Assembly (NCBI GenBank): GCA_951406725.2
Contig: OX597823.1
Location: 34,844,001 to 34,908,000 of the forward strand
Direction: 5' to 3'
Length of the DNA stretch: 64,000 nucleotides
DNA from: Octopus vulgaris
Lineage: Eukaryota
Below the pieces are notes generated by a model. It was not told the origin of the DNA and did no database searches. It worked only from the letters and a program-made list of their open reading frames with translations. The position numbers and the translations under genes are program-made. Each line of letters opens with the position of its first letter. Positions within the stretch are counted from its first letter, which is position 1. This document shows, piece after piece, positions 1-13,200 of the stretch.

Positions 1-7
1 TCAAATA

Positions 8-572
8 TCTATATATATAAAACTCTAGTTGTGTGAGTGTCTGTCCCCTTCGATTTAGATTCCTAACTACTCCCACATTTTGCGGTGCAGTTTAACCAAA
101 TTCGGGTATCTTATAGTCGTGATTCATATCGAGCCCGTCTGGGTATTAGCGCGCGTCTACGATGAGTCTACGATTTTAAAAATAATTTAACATCATTTCT
201 TATTCCATTTTAATGCATAATTTTTCGTGTGTCGATGGCGGCGGAGTTGGCGTCCATGGTCACACCTGCACCTGTGTTGCTTCTCCCCCTTCTTCCCTCA
301 CTCGTGAAGCTGTGGGGAAGGGAGTGTAAGGAAATCAACGTCGTAAAGCGTTGTCAAGGAGACCAGCGTTCTTTTAGAACAACGACTTCATGGCTTGAAG
401 ACACCAAAACAGAAAATGTCTACGATGAGTCAACGATTTAAAAAAAAATTTACCATAATTTTTGTCCATTTTTAATGCATTTTTTCTTGCTATTTTTTGG
501 CTATAACTCTCTAAAAATGCTTATATAGTTATTTCCCTTACAAACCCAAGCAACGCCGGGCGATACTGCTAG
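8..572 (+). mobile_element. Non-autonomous Helitron, unit 1
   Basis: 5' a|TCTATATATATAAAA; 3' CCCAAGCAACGCCGGG hairpin, then CTAG|t. Confidence 0.85.
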
Positions 573-1858
573 TCTTCTATATATATAAAAGTGAAGTTGT
601 GTGAGTGTCTGTCTCTTACGATTTAGATTCCTAACTACTCCCACATTTTGCGGTGCAGTTTAACCAAATTCGGGTATCTTATAGTCGTGATTCATATCGA
701 GCCCGTCTGGGTATTAGCGCGCGTCTACGATGAGTCTACGATTTTAAAAATAATTTAACATCATTTTTTTCCATTTCTTCCAATTTTTCGTGTGTCGATG
801 GCGGCGGAGTTGCCGTCCATGCTCACACCTGCACCTGTGTGTTTCCCCTTCTTCCTCCCTCGTGAAGCTGTGGGGAAGGGAGTGTAAGGAAATCAACGTC
901 GTAAAGCGTTGTCAAGGAGACCAGCGTTCTTTTAGAACAACGACTTCATGGCTTGAAGACACCAAAACAGAAATGGCTAAGAAAGCCCGAAAGCAAATTC
1001 TACAAAATCGGGAAACACGCCACACAGGGAAGGTTTCCCGTGCAAAGAATTTGCACAACCGAATGTTTTAGTTGTTGCACAACTTTTACTTAAAAATTAT
1101 TATCCAAATACAAACTTTTGAAGGCAATATTGTATGGCGATGGTACTTGTGAAATATGGTAATGGATTTAGTAGCCAAAAGGAGAGAGCAGAGGCATATT
1201 ATAGTGGTGGTGGAGGCGGTGGTAGTGGCAGCGGTGGTGCTGGTAGTGGTGATGGTGGTCGTGGTGGTTGTCGTGTTTGTGGTGGTGGTGGTGGTGGTAT
1301 TGTTGTTGTTGGTGGTGGTCGTCGTCGTCGTCGTGGTGATGATGGTGGTGGTGGTGGTGGTGATGATGGTCGTGGTGGTCTTCGTGATGTTGGTGGCGAT
1401 GGTGGTCGTCGTGTTTGTGGTGGTGGTGTTGTTGTTGTTGGTGGTGGTGGTGATGATGGTGGTGGTGGTGATGATGGTGGTGGTCGTGGTGGTCTTCGTG
1501 ATGGTGGTGGTGATGGTGGTGGTGGTGGTGGCTGAAGCTGTCGTCTGGGTTCTTCCAATTTTTTCGTGTGTCGGTGGCGGCGTTGGCGTTCATGCTCGCA
1601 CCTGCATCTGTGTAGCTCCTCCCCTTCTTCCCTCCCTCGTGAAGCTGTGTGGAAGGCAGGGTAGGGAAATCAACGTCGTAAAGCGTTGTCAAGGAGACCA
1701 GCGTTCTTTTAGAACAACGACTTCATGGCTTGAAGTCGCCAAAACAGAAATCGCTAAAAAAGCTGAAACAGATCCACAAAAACAGCAAAAACCGCCACAC
1801 AGGGCAGGTTTCCTGTGCAAACAATTTGCACAACCGAATGTTTTAGTTGTTGCACAAA
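573..1858 (+). mobile_element. Helitron unit 2, with internal duplication and (GGT)n tract, lacking its own 3' end
   Basis: Same 5' ~200 bp as unit 1; ~778-1082 duplicated at ~1551-1857. Confidence 0.75.
1203..1532. repeat. Degenerate (GGT/GAT/CGT)n trinucleotide tract
   Basis: Seen directly; explains the poly-G/V/H/P ORFs. Confidence 0.95.
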
Positions 1859-2246
1859 TCTTTATATATAAAAGTGAAGTGTGTGTCTGTCTCCTACGAT
1901 TTAGATTCCTAACTACTCCCACATTTTGCGGTGCAGTTTAACCAAAACCGGGTATCTTATAGTCGTGATTCATATCGATCCCTTCTGGGTATTAGCGCGC
2001 GTCTACGATGAGTCTACGATTTTTAAAATAATTTACCATCATTTTTTCCATTTTAATGCATTTTTTCGCTAAGGGAAGTAACTCTCTAAAAATGTCTACG
2101 ATGAGTCAACGATTTAAAAAAAATTTACCATCATTTTTTTCCCATTTTTAATGCATTTTTTTGCTATTTTTTGGCTATAACTCTCTAAAAATGCTTATAT
2201 AGTTATTTCCCTTACAAACCCGAGCAACGCCGGGCGATACTGCTAG
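1859..2246 (+). mobile_element. Non-autonomous Helitron, unit 3
   Basis: a|TCTTTATATATAAAA start; CCCGAGCAACGCCGGG hairpin 2219-2234; CTAG|t at 2243-2247. Confidence 0.85.
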
Positions 2247-2519
2247 TTATAAATACAACGGGGAAAACAGAAAACACAATCACTGCGAAGACGGCAGCAG
2301 ACAGATCTATCTCGCCCCGCGTTTTGGAAACGACAGAGAAATGCCTACAGTATCTATCGACTACTGTTTCGAATGATTCACGCACACACCCAAACATATT
2401 CATCTTTAATATGTGTTCTATACAAGCAATTGCTTACATTTGTATGTAGTGTACTTATAACCCATGTAAATAAATCCCTTTTTAATCATGAAATAATTTA
2501 TGTATTTATTTACATACAC

Positions 2520-2975
2520 ACACATCCACTACAACCTCATAAAGGGTGTCAGTAAGAGGATTTTAAGCCTTTCCTCTAACCAAGAGGCCTTTGACGCAGC
2601 AGCCCTATACTATAACGAGGCCCTAGCCGCCAGAAGGTTCAAGGACTGCATCTCCTATATGCCAGAACCCATCACCTGCAGGAATACAATTTGGTTTGCC
2701 ACCTCTTCTCCCTTAACACTATAACGGCCGTAGGTAGACTTTTCATTAAGTTAATAGGCAAACACTTTACTAACTCCCATAGGTACACCCTTATTTTCAA
2801 TAGGCACAACATTAGGCTCTCACTTAGTTGTGGCCCTAGCATTAAGAGTATCTTAGTTAGCGCCCCAAAGCAACGGTAAGAGGTGGGTTATTCATGCAGA
2901 ATCCGCAACAGTTGCCCAGTAGAAGGCTGCTGTAAAATCAAAGGCGTTGTCTATCAGGTCGAGGTACGGGTGAAC
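2520..2975 (+). mobile_element. Penelope-like retroelement remnant (RT thumb, linker, start of GIY-YIG)
   Basis: Frameshifted peptides KRILSLSSNQEAF, RNTIWF, LIGKHF…IFNRHNIRLSLSC, CRIRNSCPVEGCCKIKGVVYQVEV. Confidence 0.8.
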
Positions 2976-3537
2976 ACGGCCAATTACACCAGCAGAAACA
3001 CTAACAGCCATAGCAGCAGTAGACACGATGTAAAAATGTATGTGTATGTATGTATATATATATATTAGGTAAAAAATTTCGCGCCCTGGATACACACGTA
3101 GAGAGAAATATAAATGTCTTCTAGGACAGGTGTGTGATATATCTTCCATTGTTTAAGAAGCACAGGCTTCAGCAAACTACGACGATGGTCGTACAGATAT
3201 CAAACATTATATTACACGGCCGTGGAAGGAAAATTTTAATCGATATATAACAACCATCTTTCGCGTCTTAAGTACCGCGATAAGAGACATGGATTTCTTT
3301 AACGAGATACGCTTTATAACATCACCTGACGAGACAGTTCTGCCTCGAAGAATACACCCCAACTGACTATACAGTATCCCACCCGCAAGGGTTCGATGCA
3401 TGACGGGTCGAAACGAGTGTTGTGAGCAATAAAGTTTCTTGCATATTCCATTTTCTGTCTCTATCATTTGTTTTATACTCAACGAACTCTGAGGAATTCC
3501 TGAGGCAGATCCAGCAACGGTTGTGGAAACACCGTGG

Positions 3538-3547
3538 ATGACGTCAT
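3538..3547. promoter_or_regulatory. Perfect CRE/ATF palindrome ATGACGTCAT in a CpG-rich putative ATF6 promoter
   Basis: Consensus TGACGTCA about 670 bp upstream of the ATG; CCAAT/ATTGG motifs near 3640, 3889 and 4071. Confidence 0.5.
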
Positions 3548-4209
3548 GTAGCTATAAGCAGTGAACATGCTTCAACGGTTAACTATTAGGAACATACCCA
3601 AATCTTAAATAATTACTTTTGTATATATACTACATGAGAATTGGTTAGGAGGACTAAATTATACCACCATACGCCAGTAAACGTTTCCGCTAATCGTTAT
3701 AGGCAGTTTTGGAAGTATCAAAATTTTGCATGCTGGTTTCGTTATTTTTAAACTGAAGGAAAATAGGTAATTTCACTTCTGCCTCTTCTACGTCCGACTT
3801 CAACTATTTTCAAATCTCAGAAATTTCCGACAACGCTGGCGTCCCCAAAATAACATTCGGGTTTGATTTAGTAATATGGTGTGTGATTATTGGCTTAAAG
3901 CAAAAGTCCACACTTTCTTTAAAAAGGGTAAACGGAATTGTAACATGCGAATTAAATCCTGTTGAAAGAATTTACTCATGAAAATTAAATGAATGATAAG
4001 GTGGAAGCGTAAATAAATAGACTAATGAAAATGATGTTGACAGACTAAACTAAACGATGCTGATAAGTGACCAATGAAAACGATATTTTCAGTGTGTACT
4101 AATCGATGTTTGTTTTGTTAACAGTCGTAACTAAGCGATAGTGTCTAATGTCTGACCAGGTTGGGAGAGCAACTTTGATGGAAGATTATTTTGTTAACCA
4201 CACTACGCC

Positions 4210-4279
4210 ATGGCAACGACAAACTTGAGTCTTTCTGATCAATTTCTGGAGGATAATTTCTTCCATGAAGATGAATTCG
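4210..4279 (+). CDS. ATF6: ATF6 coding exon 1 ([23 protein letters not shown])
   Basis: Kozak gccATGG; acidic/aromatic activation-like peptide; donor G|gtaagt, phase 1 matches the next exon. Confidence 0.75.
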
Positions 4280-7200
4280 GTAAGTAAACATTTCAAGAGG
4301 ACTTACTTTACAAACATGAGTAAGACATCGCCATGTCTCCTCGTGTCTGTCCACAAGGCTACACGCCTTCTTCTAGTCGACAAGGTAGCTTCTGCGTGGT
4401 CAATCGGTTTGTTAGAAATAACAACATAATAAATCCCACAAATAATAACCCACCATCTTTTTGACAAACTGTAAGAATGCACATTAGGTAATGTAGTCCT
4501 AGATGCCCCATTCTCCAAACCCAAATGACTTAATGGCCATAGCTGGAGTGCTGTTGTTTATACGTCTTCTCAATCATGGTTGACCTACAGCTTTAAACTA
4601 GCGACATTTCGTTGTGTTGCTGATAATAAAGTACTCTATATAGTTAGAGGAGAAGCTAGAAACAGCAGTAAACTATTCTCTGCCGTGCTAAATAAAAGAG
4701 GGAGGATACATTGAATAATAAGTAGCCCTTTATACAGTGACTAAAACACGTCCGGCTGGACTGACCTGAGTTAAATACTACACTCCGAGCATTCCTTTTA
4801 ATTTACACATTTTCTGATTGATCACAAATCCGACGAATAACTTGTTTTCAAACCATGAAAATATTATTCTACTTCGTTTTTTATTCGGAACTCTTAAAAT
4901 GCTGAGAGAGCCGGCTTGAGTGGTCCGTTTTTTTAACTACTTCCACACCGACCATATTTTAAATCCTGTTACGGTTAACGTTGCTTTTACTCACGCTCTC
5001 GTTTAGTAATATAATCTGTAACCGCATTTATACCACACCAGTGTCATACAAGAGCCCACTGGAGAGCCTCTACATAGTTGTTTGACATGCGATAATTTTC
5101 TAGAGAGCCACACCCTTCTGCTTTTTAAAAGAAAAAGCATACGACACATTCGAACAACATGCTTTACAAATATTGATCTAAAAGTGTAACCTAAACAATT
5201 CTGAACCTATATTTTGAAACTAATTAATTTTGAAAATAGTAAAAATAATATATCTAACATAGAAAATGTAAGTAAATTCTGGAATAGACTTTATAGTAGC
5301 TTACAGATTTTCACATATATATGTGTATGTGTGTGTGTGAAGGCGCATGCCTTAGTGGTTAGAGCATCGAGCTTACGATCGCGAGATTGTGAGTTCGAAT
5401 CCCGAACCGAGCTGCGTGTTGTGTTCTTGAGCAAGGCACTTTATTTCACTCAGTTGTAGAAGTGAGTTGCGACATCACTGGTGCCAAGCTGTACCTTGGA
5501 TAACATCAGTGGTGTGAATAGGGAAGGCCGGTATGCATGGGCGACTGCTGGTCTTCTATAAACAACCTTGCCCGGACTTGTGCCTGGGAGGGTAACTTCC
5601 TAGCTACAATCCCATGGTTAGTCATGACCTGAAGGAGGTCTTTATATATATATTTATATTGTTTCCATCATTGGTTTAGTAGTCAAACAAATCGACCCTG
5701 TTACTTATTTTTCTTAATGTTCTGCCTGTCTCTTTTTGCCAAACCGCTTAGTTACAGAGACGTAATCACACCAACACGTGTTGTCAGGCGGTGGTGGACA
5801 AACAAAGACACATACACCTATATACGATGGGCTTCTTTCAGTTTCTGTCTACCAAATCCACTGACAAGGCTTTGATTGGCCTAAGGCCATAGTAGAAGAC
5901 ACCCAAAGTGCCATGCACTGGGACTGAACACAGAACCATATGATTAGGAAGCAAACTTAAACTTACCGCATAGACTATATATATATATATACACACATGT
6001 ATTTTACTTGTTTCAGTCATTTGACTGCGACCATGCTAGAGCACCACCTTCAGTCGAACAAATTGACCCAAGGACTTTGTAAGTCTTGTTCTATTGGTCT
6101 CTATTGCCAATCCGTTAAGTTACGGGGGCGTAAACACACCAACATTGGTTGTCAAGCTATGGTAGGGGACAAACACACGATGGGCTTCTTTCAGTTTCCA
6201 TCTACCAAATTCCCTCACAAGGCATTGGTCGGCCTGATGCTATAGTAGAAGACACTTGCACAAGATACCACGCAGTGGGACTGAACCCAGAGCCATGTGG
6301 TTGGGAAGCAAACTTCTTACCACACAGCCACTCCTGCACCTATATTCTTTTTTCTTTTTTTTCTCTGAAGTTCCAGTCAACTTGATTTTCAAAACAAATT
6401 TGAGTCACACCAACAATGAATACTCAGTTATTCTTAAAAGTGTTTTAAAATAATAACATTATTTAACAGAAACGTGACCTCCCTCAAAGACCCTGGCAAA
6501 GAGGATTGACAGCTTCTAAAGCAGAGGCCTGAGAATTATCAAGAACATCAGATAGTACCATTACATTTCTCTCAAAGAACTGCATGTGTGCACACATCAG
6601 CCTGCTCCCTCCACCTCAAAGCTATCTGTCACATGCATTGGTATAGACATGTCCTCTGTCTCCCACTAGATCATTCTACCAAGGTTTTACTCTCGTTCAA
6701 CGCAGAAGCTGCAGGCTGGAGGACACCTTGTGACAGGCCTCACACCAGATGGCTGGACATGACTGGGGAAGTTCTCCAGAGGCTCAGTATCACTTTGGAG
6801 TATGCAGAGGGACTGGCATGGGACTGCCAGCAATAGAAAGCACTGGTGGACCTGGTTGGCCCAACATATCTCTGGAACCACTAACCTGAGATCACCCCAG
6901 TTTCATAGGTTTTACAGAAAATTTCTATCTATATGTGTGATTTTATGTATGTGTACACACGCATATGGATAGTGAAACAAAGCAGAAATACATCCTCTTC
7001 CAGTTTTGTATTAAAGGCAAAGAAATTTTCTATAAAATTTATATCTGAGGAGTCTCCATGAATGAGACATTCATAAAAAATTATCCAAAATGCTGATAAT
7101 ATATATAGATATAGATAGATAGATAAATACTAATAAAGAGAACATACATATGTATATACATATATAACTTTTTATATATATATATATAACAGGTTATATG

Positions 7201-10200
7201 TATATAAGAAATTAGAGGACAAAGGAACAAGAAATTATGTAATGAACATGACATACCTAATAAATATAGACAAAATATTTAATATACGTGGAGCACATTT
7301 GTAGGTATGCCATACATATTTTCGTCATCGTCGTTTAACGTCCTCTTTCCATGCTGATATGGGTTGGACGGTTTGACTGAGGACTGGCAAGCCAGAAGGC
7401 TGCACCAGGCTCCAATCTGATCTAGCAAAGTTTCTACGGCTGGATGCCCTTCCTAACACCAACCACTCTGAGAGTGTAGTGGGTGCTTTTATGTGCAACC
7501 ATCATGAGGGCCAGTCAGGCAGTTCTGGCAATGACCACACTCAAAAGGTGTTTTTTACATGCTACCTGCATGGGAGCCAGTCTGGCAGCACTGGTAACGA
7601 CCATGCTTGGATGTTGTTCTTCATGTGCCATCCGCACATGTGCTGGTAAGGCAACGCTGGCAATGATCACTCTCAAATGATTCTTTTTACGGGAGCCAAT
7701 TCGTGACCCTGGCAATGATCATGCTCAGATCTGCTTTTAACATTCCACTGGCACGAGTGCCAATCAGGCGGTACTGTCATCGGCCACATCAGCGCACCAT
7801 TTTAATCTTTAACTATTCCATGCTTGCATGAGTCAGACATAATTTATTGGGGTAAATATGTAAATATTTTATGACTAGATACCCTTCCTGTTGCCAACCG
7901 TCACAAGGTAATGTTTCCCCTGGGCCAGAAAGATATGTGAAAGATTGGGATTGAAAAAAAGATGGTCACTTATCTGCTTTTCATTGAAAAGTGAAAGAAA
8001 TTGGAATACAATGATTACTTAAAGCACTTTATATATATACTTTATGCACAATTTTATCAATTTTATAGACTTAATACGCAGCACTCATAAAATAAATATT
8101 CACTCTTATTTTCCCCATTAACAGAAAAAATTGCGTTTTAAAATAAACAACAAGCACAGTTTCATATTTAGAAAACAAAAATTTTATAGTAAAAAAATTA
8201 TTTTATATATAAATGAAAAAAAGGTGTCGGAGGGGTGATGCATATCCTGCACACACCCAAGGATAAAATAAAATTATTATTTGATAAATACATTCTCAGA
8301 TGAATTCATATTTCAACAAAATGACATCAAGAGTTATTTCCCCTGTTTATCGTTTGCGCAAAAGGAAAAATACATTTTGATTCACCAGTCCACCAGTTTT
8401 TAAGATAATCAAACCAAAATTTAATGAGTTCAAGCCACACACCCTTGAGTATTTTTATGCTAAATTTGGTTAAATCCATTCAGCCATTTTCCAGTAATTT
8501 TGCAAACACACAGACTCACAAAGATGAGCAACTACAATACCCTGCTTTTCCTTATGCATGCAGGGTAGAAGTCACAATTTCACAGGGGCAAAAATTTAAT
8601 GCAACATGACATACTCTGAAAATCACATCGTTGGTAACTTACAAGCCAAGGCAATGGATCAGAGCCAATACACATTTCAATTTGCGCACACTTTTCAATA
8701 AAAATACTTCTTTGAAGCCTATGTTCTTCATGTAAGTTCTCCCTCTTCTTTTCCCTTGTTTGTCAGTGTTGATAGCTTTAACTCTCACATCAGATAATTT
8801 GTGAGCCCTTGAGAATGCAACATATAGCTGACCATGGCCGAATACAGATTCAGGCAAGAACAGCCCCACTTCATCAAATGTCTCATTAAGTGATAGGTAA
8901 TATAAAAAAACTTAATTCAATTATAAAGAAATTACTTTCCCTATGCATTCACCATCGCCACCTCCCCCACAACAACCACCATCATCTCTCACTTTCTAGC
9001 TTTCTTTAATCTCGCAATCAGAACACCACCCCTCTGCTAAAATTATATTCCTAACTCTCCTCTATATCACTACCTTCAACTAACTTTTTTAACCGCGTAA
9101 TAAATATTACATTTCCCCTACCACATGTTATGGATTCTTCTCTCTCCCTCTTTCTCTCTCTCTCTCTTCGCCTTATCCTCTTTTTCTTTAATCATATGAA
9201 AGCACTACCAACAGGCTAAGTAAATATGGCAAGCAGAATTATTATAAGATAATATGTATACAATACACACACACATATAATGCACAACATAGTGTAAATA
9301 AGAACTGCAAAACTGAAATATATTTAAACATTACAAAACTTCATTGTGGGTTAAATAAGAAGGAAATCATATTCATCTTATGCATTAGTGCGTAGAAAAG
9401 GTGGGGGAAGGGGAGGGTGGAAATGACAGTGAGAGAAAGTATTTCATTTTACTAAACATATTGTTTTTAATAACAGTTGAGTTTTTTTCTAATTTTCAGC
9501 TGCATTTCAAAAGAACATATCTTATCCATTTGATGATCTCTGTAGAAAAACTTTGCAGGACATTGAGGTGAGTCCAGTTACCTATCTTAGAAATCTTTGG
9601 TTTGTATGAGACAATATGATTATTCTATTTATGTTTCTATAATACTTTTAAAAAGACTATCATGATTTTTAATTGTTGTAGAATTAACTCTGGAATTAAC
9701 CCATTTCATGTCACCCACTCCTGGTTTTTTGAAGTGATCTAAATTGAAACCTTCCATCAAAATTTCCATGTGAAATTATATTACAAAATCAACTTAATAA
9801 GAACAAAATTATTTTACTAAATTCTCCGTTATTTTCAAAATGAATTAAAACAAAGGCAGTGTGTTTCAACAGAAATGCAGTAACAATGGTTAAATGGAAA
9901 ATATGCTTGTTTAATTTTGAAACTATAAACACAGATTCAGGGGAAATCATCATCATCATCATCGTTTAACATCCGTTTTCCATGCTGGCATTGGTTGGAC
10001 AGTTCAGCTGGGGTCTGGGACCAGGTTCCAATCTGATCTGGCAGTGTTTCTACAGCTGGATGCCCTTCCTAACACCAACCACTCCGAGAGTGTAGTGGGT
10101 GCTTTTTATGTGCCACTGGCACAGGGGCTAGAGGAGCTGATTTTCGAATGGTGCTATTTATGAGCTACCAGCATGGGGGTAACAACTACAATTTTCATTT

Positions 10201-13200
10201 GATTTGATTTTGATATTGCTGTTGATGTTGATGTACTTGACTCAATAGGTCTCCTCAAGCACAGCATGTCACCCTACGATCCAAGGTACTTTTGAGTGGG
10301 CTGGTACATGTTTTGAGTGACTATACTAGAGTTTACTTGATAAATGAAATTCAGTTGTCCAGAGTGGTTGGCGTTAGGAAGGGCATCCAGCTGTAGAAAC
10401 TCTGCCAGATCAAGATTGGAGCCTGGTGCAGCCATCTGGTTTGCCAGTCCTCAGTCAAATCGCCCAACCCATGCTAGCATGGAAAGTGGACTTTAAATTA
10501 TGATGATAAGATTATTTTCATACCTTGAGAATTTTATTACACATGAAGTTGTTCATCTTGACTTTATAACTAGTTTCTCAGGATTGAAACCATTTTCTTA
10601 TTCTCTGACTCCACTCACTCAAGAATTGTATAGATTTTGATTTAATCTGATGGACATAGTTACATCCACTACATCATCAACGCTACATGGCTTAAAGTAG
10701 AATATCTTAGATATATAATGTTGTAATGGTTTAAAATAGTCTTTTGATTTGTTTTTATTTCGGTAAATTTACATTTTCATTTAACATTAGATAAATAATT
10801 GAGATTAAATACTATTTGTGGGGTGGGAGGGATTTATAATAATGAATTCATTGTATACAAAGCTCATGTGCACTACAGCTCATCAGGATAGGGTAAACGA
10901 GAATGGTAAAACAGGTAAAGAGCAATGACCAGCAAAAGTTACCTGCAAAATACACAGGACAAAATACAACCAAACAGAAAAGTGTACCAAAAAGGCAAAG
11001 AGTGCATAAGGAGGTCAGGAGGCCATGAATAGTGTTGGCAGATATGCTGATGGCTGCAGGCACCTGACATTTAACAACTGAGGCACAAAGTTGATTCCAT
11101 ACTTAAATGTTTCCAAAACTCATGGACTTTGCAGGCTTTTATATATATATATATATGGCGGTGCCCCAGCATGGCCACAGCTCATGGGCTGAAACTAGAA
11201 TCAATCAATCAATCAATCATATATATATATATATATATATAAATGTAAATTCATTGGACTAAAATTCCCAAAAGCAGTGCCCCAGCCTAGCCACAGTGTG
11301 TGACTGAAACAGAAGATAAAAGGTAAACACCATAGTGACATAACAGCTTTCAGTAGACAAAAGCAAGGAACAGTTGGCAAAGGTCTTACAGGACTGGGGT
11401 CATCGTGGGAAATGCAAGATGGAAAAATTGCATCTTCTTACATATCTTTTGATTATCACTTTATAATGATGTGACTATTCTTGTATATTTACTTTTTCAT
11501 CATTGTTTATATTTGATGTTTTTGGCAGATTTCCATAAATAGCAGTCCCATACAGTGTAATCCTTTAACTGAAGAGGTCTGCTGGCATGATCTCAGTGAT
11601 AGTTCAGATAGTGGGGTTCATGGTAAGTTAATGCTCTGTTTTGCCTCTTTAAAACAATATGGTGACAAGATTTTTCTTTTTATCCACAAACCCATATAAA
11701 TGTCAACTCCCTCTCTTCCCTCTTTCTCTCTCTCAAAATAATTATTGTAGTGTATTTCTAAAATTTAGAATGGTATGCTCAAGATAACTTATCGTTGTTT
11801 CACAAGTGCAAGAAAAGGTTGTTGTAGTACATAACAGAAATACAATGAATGTGAGGTTAAGGTTTTGTACAATTGGCCTCAAATCTTATCACAATCAAGG
11901 AGCATATTCTCATATTCCAGTTTATCTCATCAACCACTTCCCACACTGATGTGGATTAAAATAAGTCATCATTGTCTAAGAATAGGTAGGACATGTCTCA
12001 CTTGTGCATTCCAGTTTTTGCATAGCTTCTGTGGCTGGATGCCCTTCCTAGCACCAATCACTGGATATTTTATTATTTCACAGCTCAATAGGCCACCCCA
12101 CTCATCCTAATCCTCATCTTCATGTAATGTCCACTATTCCTTACTTCCGTGGCTTTGAGAGAATTCATTGAGGCAAATTGTATACAGCCAGATGCCTTTC
12201 CAGTCACCAGCTCTCATCTGTTTTCATGCCAAGTAATATTTTCTCGTAACGATGTCAGGACATGGATACACATTATACAACAAGTTCTTTCAGTTTCCAT
12301 TTACCAGGTCCACTCAGAACTATAGTGGAAGATACTTACCCAATGTGTCAAGCAGTGGGACTGAACCCCAAACCACAGAGTTGGGAAGTGAACTCCTTAA
12401 CCACACAGCCATGTCTGCACCTAAATGAACATAAAACGAGGAATATAAAACACTTGCTAATTTGTTTTCACAATTTGCTTTTTTCTTTTTTTTTTTTTTT
12501 TTGTAATTATTAAATAATATTAAATTTTTTATTAAGGTGTTACTCTTAAACCGGAGCCTTTGTCACCACACTCTAACAGTTCAGATGGATCTGCTAATGA
12601 TCTGGCTATCAAACAAGAACCATTGTCCCCTTCTTCAACACCTGGCTCTGATTCTGGCATAGAAAGTTATAAACCCGTAAGTGATTTATTAGCTTTATTT
12701 TTATTTCAAAACTTAAAAAGTGGCCATGATATCCATAATTTAGGAATTGTCTGAAGTTATTCATATTTTCACAAGCTGCAAGGCTTGAAGTAGTATTCTA
12801 GACCAAGCAATGCAATAGCAAGTGAAGAAATAGAGCAAGCAGTTAGATGGATGGTTAGATTCTTGGATATCCCTGTAAGAGGGAGTTAGCTGGAATTTCT
12901 CAGTGTTTACATTGTAAAGAATGAAAATAGAATATTCATGGAGAGGGGGGCCAGTCAATTAGATCAACCCTAGTATGCAACTGGTGTTTAATTTATCAAC
13001 CCCAAAATGATGGAAGGCAAAGTCAACCTAAGCGGAATTTGAACTCAGAACATAAAGACAGGCGAAATACTGCTAAGCATTTCGCCTAGTGCGCTAACTT
13101 TTCTGCCAGCTCACCACCTTTGAGAAAATGAATATTGGAGAAGATTGCTTTTTTTCTTTTTAATTTATTCAGTGACATTAAATCAAGTCGTCAGATGTCT

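Noticed and set aside
229-1071. Repeated ORF peptide SLVKLWGRECKEINVVKRCQGDQRSF
   Set aside because: Reflects DNA duplication among Helitron units; no splice or homology support.
1134-1941. Long poly-Gly/Val/His/Pro ORFs
   Set aside because: Translations of a GGT microsatellite inside a Helitron, open in several frames.
4393-4405. ERSE-II-like GATTGACCACG on the minus strand in ATF6 intron 1
   Set aside because: Does not match the ATTGG-N-CCACG spacing.
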